From the NCBI RefSeq assembly GCF_009914755.1, contig NC_060940.1: DNA of 64,000 bases; one strand, given 5' to 3'. The position numbers and the translations under genes were made by a program. This DNA is from the human T2T-CHM13v2.0 reference genome, Homo sapiens. Below, piece after piece: positions 35,460 to 51,620 of this stretch. Numbering within the stretch: position 1 is the first letter of the stretch; each line of letters begins with the position of its first letter. The notes under the pieces were generated by a model. That model did no database searches. It saw only the letters and a program-made list of their open reading frames with translations, and was not told where the DNA came from.

Positions 35460-36204
35460 AGAAGCAGCAGCCAGCCAGAGAGTTATCAAAGCTCCTGTAA
35501 ATTTCCAAAGCTGAGTGTTGAAACATTGTCTTCCTGACCTCATGCTGCAGATTATCGTAGGAAACCTACAGTGTATTAGTCTGGAATAATGGCGGTCCTG
35601 TTAGCATTTTAGTTTTTACTTTAATTTTGCTCTTTAATTTCTAAGAGAAGGTAAATGCTACATTCTAGATTGTGGGACTTCCTTACAGGCAAGGGATGGT
35701 GGTTTAGAATTCCGAGGTCTATACCACCTGCCACTTCCCCTCCTTTTCCAATTCTGTATACTTAATAAGAATGCAGTAAACTTTATGTTGAAATCAAAGG
35801 CAATATTTCCACTTGGTCTAGAGCCTAACTTTTTTCAAACACTAATTTGAATAGTTTTTCAGTTAACTTGATGTTGTTGCTCCCTTTTTCATCAGAAAAT
35901 AGTCTTAATATCAAAATTCCTGATCAAAATGCTGTTTGCTCTTTGTAGTGTCTGGGGTTGATATTTATGTGCACACTGTGGAGCTCTGCTTTTGTTTCAG
36001 ACAGGAAGTGCTGGTGGAAGTTTGCTTACCCAGTGCAGATAGCACAGCTTTTACAGAACAAACCACCATTTTATTTCTGGCCTGTTTGCATTCCACTTTT
36101 TAAAATTCCTTGAAGAAGAACCCATTTTATAATTGGCAAATTAGCACCCTTGAAATATAACCCAAAATTTGTGATATTCAGTTACTACTTTTTATCATCT
36201 ATGA

Positions 36205-36541
<337 letters not shown>

Positions 36542-37194
36542 AGTGCTTTCTCTTCTTTAATGCAGCTTGAATTTCGCATTAATTCTAAGTGGAGAAATCT
36601 ACCACTTTTTCATGGCCTTCTTTACTTTTTTACTCATAGCCCCTCCTTTTTAGTCTTTTACCCTTCAGAACAACATAATTACATTTTGTCTTCGTTCCTA
36701 CCATCATCAGCAATTCAAAAATAACTCCAAACTCCAAATTCCCGCAATGAAGTGAAACGGTGTTGGTTTTGCCCCCATGATAATCACTTGCCCATAGAAA
36801 ATTATTTTGTTAATTTATTCTTAAATGTGACATTGTATTCTGTTTTCTTAGAAAATAGCAACTCAGTTATATGCTCTAAGTATACCATGCAAATTTAAGT
36901 AAAACATGTTTATTAAAACTTATATATATGGTAAGCATTGTGGAAGGTGCTAGAAATATAAGGATGAGGTCTAGTAGGGCAAATAGAGGCAAAATATAGA
37001 TATCTAGCGTGCAGTGTGATGGGGAATATATAATGTAGTTGTTATTGTAGTTACCAAATTGTTAAAAGATCAAATCATTATTAATGGTTAATGGAATTAT
37101 GGTGGTGAGAGGGGCCAGCCAGGGGTGGGTAGGAAATAAGAAATGTGATTATTGAGAAATTAGTTTCATAATGTCTGTTCTGCTAACTGTTCCT

Positions 37195-37630
37195 TTTTTT
37201 TAATTACTGAAGTGAAATTCACATAACATAAAATTAACGATTAAGCAGTTGCTGTCATGCTCCCTTCCCCGCAATCCCTGGCAACCACCAATCTGCACTC
37301 TGTCTCTGAATTTACCAGTTCTGGATATTTCATGTAAATGGGGACTCATACAATATGTGAGCTTTTATATCTGACTTCTTTTCCTTGTAATGTTTTTCAG
37401 TTTCATCCACATTGTAGTATGAGTATTTAATTTATTTTTATGACTGAATAATATTCCATTGTATGGATATGCCACAATTTGTTTATCCATTCATCTGTTG
37501 ATGACATTTGGGCAGTTTCTGCCTCTTGGCTATTGTGAATAGAGTTGCTATGGACATGTGTGTACATGTATTTGTTTGAGTACTTGTTTCCAATTCTTAT
37601 TTCACCTAGGAGTAGAATTGCTGGGCTGCA
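37195..37630 (-). mobile_element. L1MB-like 3' end
   Basis: gtgaaattcacataacataaaattaac, ccctggcaaccaccaatctg, tgtttatccattcatctgttgat. Confidence 0.85.
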
Positions 37631-37879
37631 ATTGTTATAAACTAAAATTATATTCAGTTTAGAAAAGAACTTCTTTAGGAAAGACTTTAGAAAGAACTGC
37701 TAAATGTTCTAATTTTGTATCTTATGGTCTTTTCCTCTGATAAAAATGATACCATTTAGAGCCAGTGAATAACTTGCCATGCAGTTTCCTGATTTCTCTC
37801 CCCCTGGCTGTTGCCTTTACTAGTTGGAGCATTTCGGTAATGCATAACCATGTTTCTCTTCTTGACTTTCTCTTCACAG

Positions 37880-38960
37880 TCTACAGTGATTATTCCAAAC
37901 CTCCTTCACTGGCCTCAAAATTAACTTTCCCTTTACCCATCTCACTTGGAACAGATGACCTTTCTTTCAACTTCTCCAAAAAGTTAAAAGCCATTATCTG
38001 GGAACTCCCTAGATGTCCCAGACCAAAGCTGTAAAGCTTCTTGCAGCAGTCGCCAATCCTCATTGCCCTCCTATTATGATAGAGGAAGTGTCTCTTAATA
38101 AAGGATGTCTTTGTACATCTGTCCCCTTCCTACTGCCTTCAAGGTACCTGCTATCTCTTATGCTCTTGTTCATTCTCTCATTTGTATTCATTCTTATTTC
38201 TTTCTTCTCCCCTTCCCTCTCTTTTGCTCTTCATCAATTATAAACTTGCTCAATTATTTTCCAACTTCAAGTTTCACACCCTCAAGTTTTCACTTTCTCC
38301 CTTGCTCTTCCTGGGCAGCATCTTGAAAGCATGCTTACACTCTTGCCTCTCGTTCACACCTGACCTCCTCCAACCTGACTTACATCCATCACTTTACAAA
38401 AGTAGCTCCTCCAGGGATTAAAACAGCAGCATTTGACACACTTGATCATGCCTCCTTTAAAAACTCTTACACACACCCTCCTGGTTCCCTCCGCCTTTTT
38501 AGGCAGCTTCCTCTGCCTTCCTTTGTTGGATCTTCCTTCCCTATCTGACCTGTAACAGGGCTTCTATTTGTTGGCTTTCTTAAGAGCTCAGTCCCGGGCT
38601 TTCTTTTCCTCTCTATTTATATTCTCTACCTCAGCAAACTCCTGTGGCTTCAAATACTACATAAGTGACAACTTCCAAATTCCACTCTCTGCCAAGACCT
38701 TCTGAAATCGGGACCCATGTAGCCAACTGCCATTTTAACATCTCCACTTCCTATTCAAACATGCCCAAGACTGCGCTTCCTAATAGCCAGCATGCATTCC
38801 TTATCTCAGTAAATGGTCTACCCAGGTGCTTAAGCCTGAAACCCAGGATCATCTTTGTGACCTCTTCCTCCTTCAAACACACTGTCCACTCCCTTGCCAT
38901 ACACTGTTGATTTGATTCTAAATGTATCTCAAATCTATTCATTACATCTCTCAGCCATGA
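37880..38960 (+). mobile_element. L2 fragment
   Basis: Pyrimidine-rich; cagcatttgacac, tggcttcaaatac, caaacatgcccaagac. Confidence 0.65.
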
Positions 38961-39299
38961 TGGAGTTGAAGAAAAAATAAGTCCTGTGCTCAAAGTTTCT
39001 ATCCTGGAACATCAGAAAATTCTATGAAATTTGGAAATAAATGTTTGGTTTCAAGAGAAAGCTTACCCTGAGCTTTTGAAAACCACGGTAAATATTTCCC
39101 CATTGAGTCAGAAACCCAGCCCCATTGTCCTCACTAATTCTTTTTATATCTTACAGTTCTTCACTGCTTATTAGTTATTTATATTATTTGACATGATATC
39201 ACTAGTACCCTTAGGTGAGAGGAGGTAATCTTTGTTTCTGAATTTAAATTTACCTTAAAACTTAATGTTATACATTGTGGGGAAGGGGAAAAATAAAAA

Positions 39300-41660
<2,361 letters not shown>

Positions 41661-42819
41661 AAAAATGTATTATAAAACAGGGATTCTTAAATCAAGATAC
41701 TAACAGTACACATAGTGTTCTGTTTGAGTCCCGGGCTCAGAAGGAGACCCTTCGTGATTTGACTTTCTCCCCTTTGACTGCAAAATAAACTATTCACAGC
41801 AGAGAACTATAAATTTGTGAATCTTTGTGGAACTAAAATTTTTAAAGCCTTATGGTTTTATATTTGGAGAAAAAAAGTGTTATTTTCACCAAGTGTCTAA
41901 TGTAATAGTAGTGGTAATAATTAGTAATAGCCACCACCATTTTAAACATTTATTTTTAAGAGAAAGGAAAAGTAGTTCATCAGTCTTTTGCCCTTTCAGT
42001 ACAATTGTTTTCAAGTCCTTACCTGATTAAACAAGTGCAATTCTACATTTGGCCACCACACTGCTATCTGATCAAACACTGAAACAAGTATTGAATGGAA
42101 TCCAATTAATCCCTCCTGTATCCAAGCTCAAAAGATAATATGAGGAAGCTGGCTTTTCTAAACTGTCTTGTTTTTACAGGATCAGGCCTTCACTTAATAC
42201 TATTTAAACAATGCATAATAAATGTTTGCCAAAGTCCAACCACTTCATTCTCTTAACTACCCTGACATCTGTTTGAAAAATAAACAACTGAAACTAGGAT
42301 CTGTTTATTACCTAGTACTGACTTCAGAGTCAATACATAGTCAATTCTAGAGTATTCTTTAGTTTTCCATCTTCAGAGATGGTTCATCTAATCCTCACTT
42401 GACTGCTCAGGCTTTTTTTTTTCACTCCTCATGATCCTAAAGTTTATTCTGTCCATTGTCCTGTAATTAAGTAATATACATTGGAGCTTCTCTCTAACTC
42501 ACAGATAGCTGTTCATCACCTCTCCCCTCTCCCCTTTCCCACCCTCCTTCATACCCATAACTGAAATCCAGCTGTTCGTAAAGAATTTCCAAGACCATGG
42601 CTGCCTGCCATTATGCTCCCCAGAAAGTGTCATTTTTGCATTGTTTTGGTAACATACAGTCCTCTATGTCCCACTGAAAACTCAGGGCCAGAGCCATGCT
42701 TTGCCTCGGCTTGCTCAACTCAAACTAAACTGCTCTTTGTTATTAATATGCTGCATACAATGTGTTGTTTCCTTTAGGGGGAAAAGGCACTTTAATTACA
42801 TCATATTAAGACAACATTT

Positions 42820-43097
42820 CACACTTTGGGAGGCCAACGCGGATGGAACACTTGAGGCCAGGAGTTGGAGACCAGCCTGGTCAACATAGGAAAACCCCGT
42901 CTCTATTAAAAATACAACAGATTAGCCGGGCATGGTGGTACACAACTTGTAATCCCAGCTACTCAGGAAGCTGAGGCACAAGAATCACTTGAACCCAGGA
43001 GACAGAGGTTGCAGGGAGCTGAGATCAGACCACTGCACTCCAGCCTGGGCGACAGAGGAAGACTCTGTCTCGAAAAAAAAAAAAAAAAAAAAAAAAA
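42820..43097 (+). mobile_element. 5'-truncated Alu
   Basis: cactttgggaggcc...gactctgtctc + A25. Confidence 0.93.
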
Positions 43098-43216
43098 TTT
43101 CAACATTCTACTTACGGAAACAAAAGAGGAAAGACATATCTTGGTTCAAAAAGCATGTGAAATTTTTGAATTAGGGTTATAAGTATCACATGAAAGAAGT
43201 TATTGTATTTTAAAGG

Positions 43217-43543
43217 TTTTGTTTTGTGTGTTTATTTGTTTGTTTGAGACAGAGTTCTTGCTCTATTGCCCAGGCTTGAGTGCCGTGGTACAATCATAGC
43301 TCACTGTATAGCCTCGAACTCCTGGGCTCAAGTGATCCTCCTACCTCAGAGCCTCCCAAGTAGCTGGGACTACAGGTGTGTGCTACCATGCCAGCTAATT
43401 TTTTTTATTTTTTATTTTTCTTTGGTAGAGACAGGGTCTCACTATGTTGCCCAGGCTGTTCTCAAACTCCTGGTCTCAAGCCATCCTCCCTCTTCAGCCT
43501 CCCCAAACACTGGGATTACAGGCATGAAGCACCGAGTTTGGCC
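43217..43543 (-). mobile_element. Alu (AluJ-like)
   Basis: atcatagctcactg...aactcctgggctcaagtgatcctcc. Confidence 0.92.
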
Positions 43544-45833
43544 TTACAGTTTTTTTATATTGGAAACGAATCTTAAAATTTTGTTCTAAAAGCACTCTAA
43601 ACCATTTAAGAAGCAGGGGAAAGGAACTAAAAGAAGATACTTTTTTTTATGGAAAACCCGCTAGACAAATTCTAAAAGAGCTGTAACACTTAAGATACTT
43701 TATATCTAAACTACCATATTGCTGGGAATGACATTTTCAGTTTATCATTGGATAAGCTACCTTTCATTTTTTTGGAATTGGGATTAAAATCAAATTTTTA
43801 CTTTTCTTGCATAAAAGTAGAGCAAATTCAAAACACCTCTATTGACATAATATTGTTTTTATCTGTTGTGATAAGGAATAAGGATTAAGTAAAAATTTCA
43901 AAATTATACACCCTTTTCTCCTTATTGAAATGTAATAGAAAACTGTAAATGTTAGCCCTAAGAGATGAAAGATCATAATTCAATAAATTTTTTTCTTTAA
44001 ATGAAATAGCCATCTGTATCCATGTTCACATATGTCTGCTACAATTGCAAAAGACAATGGTTAATACGTGAGGAAATTAGTCTCATTACTTTATGATCAT
44101 GCTTTATATATATTACATTGGAATAGTCTTCCTTTTAAGAATTCAAATTAAGGGAATAACTGAAATGAAGAATTAACTTTATACACAAAAATTGCACCAC
44201 AGCATTATTTATAGTTAAAAAATTGGAAACAACCTAAGTGATAAACAGGGACTATTTAGTAAACTATGCCATATCCACCTAACAGAGTATTTTATGTAGC
44301 CACTAAAATAATAAGAATATTTATCATTGTAGTTACAGAGTGATCGGAGTATGTAGAAGCAGAGAATCAAAATCTATGCTTAAAGACAGAGGAAATACAT
44401 GGTAACTCTAGTTGTGTCTCTCTGGATGATGATATTATCGGTGATTTTCTTTTTTAGTTTTTTTATCCTACTGTTTTCTATTTCCATATTTTGTGTAATG
44501 AACATATTTGGCTCCTATCATGTGTGAAAAGATTTTTTTTAATAAAAATGCCTGGGACCCAGGCTAGTTAGGAAAGATGGGATACATACAGTAAGTAAAT
44601 GGATTTATAACCTCATCTCCCTCCATCCGTGAGGGTGCTTTGCCTGCCTCTTGTGAGTTTTGTCATCTGGAAATATACAGCTGTTGTAGAATTGTCAACT
44701 TGGGGTAAATGTTTTGCACAGAGAATACAATGCTACCTGTATGAGATATGCTTTTTTATATCTGTCCCCCTTTTTTGATAAAATGAAACAGGTTTACACC
44801 TTGTTTTAAACCATGATTCTAAATTTCAGGACTTCTTAGGACCATGTGTTGGATTGTTTAGCCTTTACCTTTTTCAAAAATAATATTCTTTGAAAATGTT
44901 CAAATGTGAGCAATTGTAACATGAAGTCTGTTTATCTTTATTACTTATGTCCTTTGTTTCTGAAAGGATGTACACACTCAGTGTTTTGAACTGTTTAGTC
45001 CCCTGAGGATTCTATAGTTTGTACGTGTATCCTTTTCTTGCATGATGGCCATGGAAGATACTGTTACTCAACTTACTAAGAAGACGGAGGCTATGATGTC
45101 AACCCAATAGTATGGTTCATCTACTCAGCAAGGCACCGGGAGAGAATGCTCTTGGTTTCAGTTTTGACACATGAGGCCATTGCCAGACTGCCTCTGCTGC
45201 AGGAAAACAGTACCAGGCCAGTGTCTAGTCTTTGGTTGCAGCTACAGATATGAAATCTTGTCAACACAAGCACAATTTGTCAGGCAGTTGTGCAAGGCTG
45301 AGTGACATTCAGTGGTCTAAGCCTTTTTTCCCTCCATGCAGATATAAACATGGAGGGTAAGCATGGAGGCTGAAAAGGGAGGAAGGAGGTCTCCAGGCTT
45401 AATCCATGAAGGTCCCAGGAAAACTTGATAAAGCATTCCTGATCCCACAACCGTGAATGCCTCTCTGATCATTAGAAGAGTCTGGTCCTCTGTTTTCAGG
45501 GTCCCTTACCCCTTCCTCAGTCGTGGATAAGCACCAGTACATTCTGCCTGACTTCTGTGTCTCATGACAATTAAGCTGTCTATCATTCAAGCCATGTTCT
45601 TCCTGGATGGTCTCTGTCTAAGGTGCAGATATCTGCTGTGACTTATACATTAATTTTGTTAGTAATTTGATGAACAGAAGTTCTGAAAGGAAGTTTGATA
45701 TCTGCCAAAATTATAAGTCTATACCTATATGATCTGTACTTTTTATAAGTAGTAGTTGCTCTCAGAATAGCCTGTGTCAATTGTGAATGACTGGTTTTAG
45801 TTGACATCAACAAGTAATACTGTAATTGTGTGT

Positions 45834-46077
45834 TTTTGTTTTGAGACAGAGTCTCGCTCTGTTGCCCAGGCTTGAGTGCAATGGCACGATCTCGGCTCAC
45901 TGGGTTCAAACGATTCTTCTGCCTCAGCCTGCTGAGTAGCTGGGATTACAGGCACCTGCCACCTCGCCTGGCTAGTTTTTATATTTTCAGTGGAGACGGG
46001 TTTCACCATGTTGGCCAGGCTAGTCTCAAACTCCTGAGCTCCAATGATCTGCCAGTCTCGTCCCGGCCTCCCAAAGT
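45834..46077 (-). mobile_element. 5'-truncated Alu (AluS-like) with small deletion
   Basis: gagacagagtctcgctctg...ggcctcccaaagt; taattgtgt flanks. Confidence 0.9.
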
Positions 46078-46630
46078 ATAATTGTGTTTTAATACTACCC
46101 AAAGTAGCAATGTACCTGATCTCTTGCTAGAACATAGTGCCTCATATTCAATATAATATGTGCAGTAGTGTCCACCTATGGGTGCAGATAAAAGCTAAAA
46201 AAAAAAAAAACTGGGTAATCAACATACTTAACAAAATGGCTAGTTACTTGCAATTCTGCCTCCCCTTCCATTCATGTTCTTCCTAACGTCGCTTAAAAAA
46301 GATCTTCCTTTCACTGCTACTGCTGCTGCTCTTTCCCATGGATTTGTACCCCATGCAGTACCCAGACACCTAACAGATATGCTCTAAATAAATGAATGTG
46401 CCTGGGGGAGGCCGATGGCCACAGCTGCTTTGAATAATACTTGTAGTGGGAGGTTCTTGCTTCTTGGGAAAGTTTTATAGGCAATGATGAGAGCGTTAAT
46501 TGGGGAAATTATTCTCCTACCTTCAAGCAGTATAAGTAGGGTTGTTTGGTTGCTTGTTTGGCCACATAGAAAATGGGATAGAAAACACAAATGTTTGTGT
46601 GTGTTGTTTTATTTTAATAATTGGTGGTTG

Positions 46631-47350
46631 GTGTCTACGATATTGTGAATATAATTAGAAATGTATATGTGTTCTTTGTCTTGGGTTTCTGGCACAGAAC
46701 TCCTAAAGTTCTCCTAAATGTCCTGAGTAATAGGAGCATCATTTGTTATACATTTGGTCTTAGTCCCCAGTTCTTGACAAAGAGCTTCTTTCTAAGATCC
46801 TTGGACTCTCTGGAGTGATGAGAGTGGTTTTTGTATGCTACTGAGATGACAGGTAGTTGAAGGTCTTTAGGTAGCTTCCAGATAGGGGCTGATCACCAGA
46901 AAGACCAAGGCATGGCCAGAGGAAAGGTGGTATACCTAGAGAGGGCATGGGAGCTCTGTGCCCCTTCTCCCATACCATGCCCTATGTGTCTCTTCCATTT
47001 GGCTATCCCTGAGTTGTATCCTTTAGAATAAACTACTAATAATAGGTAAAGTGCCTTCCTGAGTTCTGTGAGCTGTTCTAGCAAATTATCAAACCTGGGG
47101 AGGGGATTATGGGAACCTCCCAACTTTATAACTCATTGGTCAGAAGTCTGAGTGGCTTGGCCTAACAATTGGCATCTGAAGTGAGGGCAGTCTCTTGGGA
47201 TGGAGCCCTTTAACTTGTAGGATCTGACACTAACTCCAGGTACCTAGTGTCAGAATTGAATCATTGGACACCCAGTTGGGCATCCAGAATTGGAGAATTG
47301 GTTGGTATGAGGGAAAAGCCCACACATCTGGTGTCAGAAGTGTTGGAAAT
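46631..47350 (+). mobile_element. MER21-like solo LTR (endogenous retrovirus)
   Basis: ttctggcacagaactcctaaa, caccagaaagaccaaggcatg, ttcctgagttctgtgagc, ggcatctgaagtg, agtgtcagaattgaat, ggtgtcagaagtg. Confidence 0.85.
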
Positions 47351-49509
47351 AGAAACAGATCAGAATGACACGCATCCGTGTTGTATGTTACCCTCATGGT
47401 AGCAGGTACCTTTCTTTCCATGTTAGCATGAAAGTGTGATTTCTGGTGATAGATGATACAGCTGACAGGACTGCTGTCCTGGTAAATGAAGGCACCTGAA
47501 ATGACCAATGTACAATCAAGAGATGCTTCCAGGACTAACCAGCTGTTGTCATCAGAGTGTTGGTTTGCAAATCAAGTTGTTGCAGATGTATGCATCATTC
47601 AAAGATGCCATTCACCCAAAAAACGTATTGTGTCTGATAGATTTGTCTCACAAATGTGTGCTTTCATTGTTTGGTTTTTGTTTTAAACCAAAAAGGGGGT
47701 GGTTGATATTTTCATTACTCTTTCTTTTTTACTCTTTTGAGGATTCCCTTGGGAGAAAGGAAAGATTTTCCTGCTAGAGATTCTCCAACAGACATGGACC
47801 ACCATGTTCCAGAAGTATCAACCTTTGATCTGGAGAACTGTTCTAACCCTTTTCTCCTCTCAGTTGTCTTTTTCTTGAGATTCTGCTTCTTGAATATGAT
47901 TATCTTAAATGCAGACAAGCATTTACTTTAGCATTCCTAGAAGAATGTTAAAGTACGCAGGTCTTTGGGTGCTGTAAGATGCACAGGTCAGCTCCTTGGT
48001 TATTTTGTTCTTAGTAAAGTACAGTGGGAACATACTATCCTCAATCAACTTAGGGAAAAGATCTTTCTGTTAGCGCACAATTGATTGAAAGTATCACAGA
48101 ACATCTTAATGTCAGGAATGTGCATATCTTTTTTAAAGAAATTTTATTTCTTTTGCTTTGTGTAGCAGAATCTTGTCAGTTGCTTCAGTTCTAAATAGGC
48201 TATCAATGAAGTTTTGTGATCCTGTGGCCCCAAACCAAACAAAAACCCAAACTTATTTCTGTATCTAATAGATGATGACATTCATATCAAACAATGATAA
48301 AATATTTTTAAAAGCCATGTGACAGCTTAGATTCTTTCTGAACTTTACCTAAGACTGTGCTCTGCTCTGCAGTCAGCGCAAGACCAACTGAAAAACAAGG
48401 GATGGAGGCCACGTGCCTGCGTCTGCAGGCCTCAAGGTTTTATTGCAAGGAGGAGACACCACGTGCACTGCATTTGAGCCTCTCATTCCAGCCATCACCA
48501 CTCACTAGAAAATTGTGTCTTCTCTTCCCACCATTTAAGTAAGAAAGGCACATAAGTAATTTTTTTAAGCATATTGACAACCATTAAGCAGACTCTTAAT
48601 CACTCTAATCTTGGTTTTCATCCATGGTTTGAAACAAAAATCAAAATGGCAACTTAAAATCACAGTGGAAACTGGTTTGAATGTAAAGCAAAGCAAGAAA
48701 AATATTTTTCAGAGTCACCTCCTGTATTCCCCTTATTTTGAAATAGTCTCATTTTCCAGATAAAAATATGTAGATGCTTATAAAAGGAATCTGCTTGAGA
48801 AAACTAGAAAAAAATTAATTTTTTATTAAATTTGGCAAACTGGATGTCTCCATTTCATAATGTATATCTTGTTCTCTGCCAGTTCTAATAATTTACTCTT
48901 TTATTAAAATAATAAGGTGTCAACTGATTTGTGACTTTCTTAGAACTTATAGAGTGAGATACATGGTATCATGTTTGTGCAAAGATTACTAAACTTTAAA
49001 TTCCTAATTTAGAAATTTCCCTTTGAGTCATTAGGAATATCTCATAGGTCTAATTTTTATTATGCAAGCAGCCTTCCTTAAAGCCACTTATAGTCAGTCT
49101 TAAAATAAGTTTTTGCTATTAATTTGTTTTTAAAAAACTAAGATGTGTCAAAGAATTTCACGTCTCTTATTTCTATAAATTAGATTTATTAGCAAGTCTT
49201 AATATATAAGCCAACTATTTTTATTTTCTTGAGTACTATGAATGTTTTAAACAACAAATACATAGCTTTGGTCATCAAAATAGGATAAACCAAAAAATTT
49301 ATACTGTGTAAACTTTAGTGTTCACTAAACAGGCAGAAATTACAAAATAATTTTCCTTTTACAACTTACGTGGTGCCAGGTAATATCCTTCTTTTTAATT
49401 GTGAAATAGAAGATGCTTGATAAAGCTTAATTGCATCTCCTCTGGAATCACATAAATCGGATCCCACAGTTGCCGATAAACTCCAATGGTGATTATTTCC
49501 TTTTCACAG

Positions 49510-49575
49510 TGCTCCAGCTGAGGCTGCAACAAAGGAGGACGAGAGAACAACTAGTGGACCAGGGCATCATGCCAC
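49510..49575 (+). CDS. MRTFB: MRTFB exon encoding most of RPEL1 (VLQLRLQQRRTREQLVDQGIMP)
   Basis: Acceptor ttccttttcacag|, donor CAC|GTAAGA; 66 nt, phase 1 to phase 1. Confidence 0.97.
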
Positions 49576-50994
49576 GTAAGATTTATACCATCACTGCCAT
49601 CCCTAACGTGACAGAACATGACGGGCGTGTCCAAGAAGAGCCTGCATCTTGCTCTGCTTTCAGTTGTATCCATTTAATCAACAAACAATTACCAAATGAA
49701 TTTCCAAGGAAAAATCAGGCACCTAAGTGAATCATTTAGAATACATTTTAAAAACCAGATGCAGTTTAAAAGAGGAACTTGAATTTTATATTACACACAG
49801 AACACCTTTACACTGTAATTAGGCTAACATTCATTCTTTCTTTAAACTTTAATATTTGTTTTAGTTTTGAAATGACTAAAGTAATCACTATACTAATGGA
49901 TTTGAAATTCATTAGACTTGCCAAAAAACATAAAATTAATTTACAATTTTTACTTAGACTTATTTAGTTCCAGTTAATTATATTTAATGCTATGCTATGA
50001 TCTGTGTACAGTAATTAAATGTATCTCAGTTACAGGACTGATAAACATTCCATTTATAATTCATATTTTTGTCTCAAGTACAGTTATTTCCCTTCTATCC
50101 CTAGGGTTTGTTCCTTTCAGAAATTTTTGAGAGTTGATTAATTTTAGAATGTTTGTTCTAGTTGTTTCTTTACCTTTAGTCACCAAGTTTGGAGGTGGTT
50201 TTATATTTTAGTGGGGAGGAGTGGCTGTTTTGTATAGGCCATTAGGATTGTGTATCTGGATTTTGTGTAAAAATGGACCTTTCCAAGAGGTAACTTATTC
50301 AGTTTCAAAACACTAGAAAGAAATTACAGCATTAATTTATGCTTTCCAGTCTTCTGAATCATGGCTATGATAAACTGCTTTCTTGGTTTATGATATGGAA
50401 TGATTTTTCTCTTTAGTAGATATTTTTCCCAGTAAAACCTTTTTTTTCTGGACTACTATTGAGAATCTAAATATTTTAAATCTAGCATTGTGATAGGCAA
50501 AAGGTGCTTTGATAATCTGCCAGATTTCTCCACCACCACCACCACCACATCCCTGACTATGAACCAACTAATCAAAGAGGATCAAATTATGATATTTAAG
50601 ACACCATTGCTAGGCCAGCTCTAATCTGCTTTCGGGTGCTGGTCCTCAGCCAAACCTGATTGGACTGGGCTCCTGGGAGTCTTTGTGGTGCTTCATGTGC
50701 CAGAGCTGAAAATAATGCTGTAAGAGCTGATTGGTCAAGTCTTGCAGGTGACAGCCCAAGGAATCCCAGTCCTCTATCCCATCCACTCATCTGACTGCCC
50801 ATGCTTGGAAGTGCAGGGTGTTACCAGGCAATAGTGGACATATGCAGACAAGATTTTGCAAAGATAATTGATAGAATACGGTTGTAGGTGACGATTTGGT
50901 AAGCACTGCTTACCCTCACACTAGGATTCCAGAATATTGGATTTACCAGCAGGTAGCATATTAAGGAGTCACTGTGTCTTTACTGTGAGTTGCA

Positions 50995-51200
50995 CTGTGG
51001 TATGGTAGAAAGAGCATGAACCCTTCAAATTCAAAATTCTAGATTTAAATACCACTTTGACCACCATCTGGTTGTATGGCCTCAAGAATTCACTTAACTT
51101 CTTTGAGCCTTTCACCTCCTTGCAAGGTTATTGCAGGGACCAACAGCAACATAGCCATGGTTAAGCACAGAGCCCATTACGGGTTCTAAATAAATGATAC
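50995..51200 (+). mobile_element. MIR
   Basis: tggtagaaagagcatg...tcacttaacttctttgagcct. Confidence 0.65.
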
Positions 51201-51620
51201 CTCAAATCTGTTGGACACAAAGTGCAGTGTGATGTTCAAGGTTACATCACTCCCAAGGACATACGGACTTTTTCTATAGCTTATATGACCATTAAGAGCA
51301 AAGACTCATCAAGGAGTCATCAGACAGTCCCCTCGGCAATGGAGATTTGCTATGAGTAGTCAGAACTAGTCTGAACTGATATTTGCATTGTCATTTTGTA
51401 TACAATCGTGTTTTAAATGTCTACTTTATTTGTGAAATACATAATTTTTATCCTGTAACATTTAAGATTTCAAATTTTGCAGGTCTCCTAATGGAACTGG
51501 TAAATTAATGGAACTGTAGTTGTGATCTGTTAATAATAGGGTTATCACCATGGTATACTATAACATTGGACTGAAGTATGAACTCTATTTATACTGTGGA
51601 AACCATTTCTTTTCTCACAG

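Noticed and set aside
49431-49730. 99-aa ORF around the RPEL1 exon
   Set aside because: Only 49510-49575 is bounded by splice sites; the flanks are open intronic sequence.
51489-51516. Direct repeat TAATGGAACTG x2 upstream of exon 51621
   Set aside because: Two short copies, consistent with slippage; no support for function.
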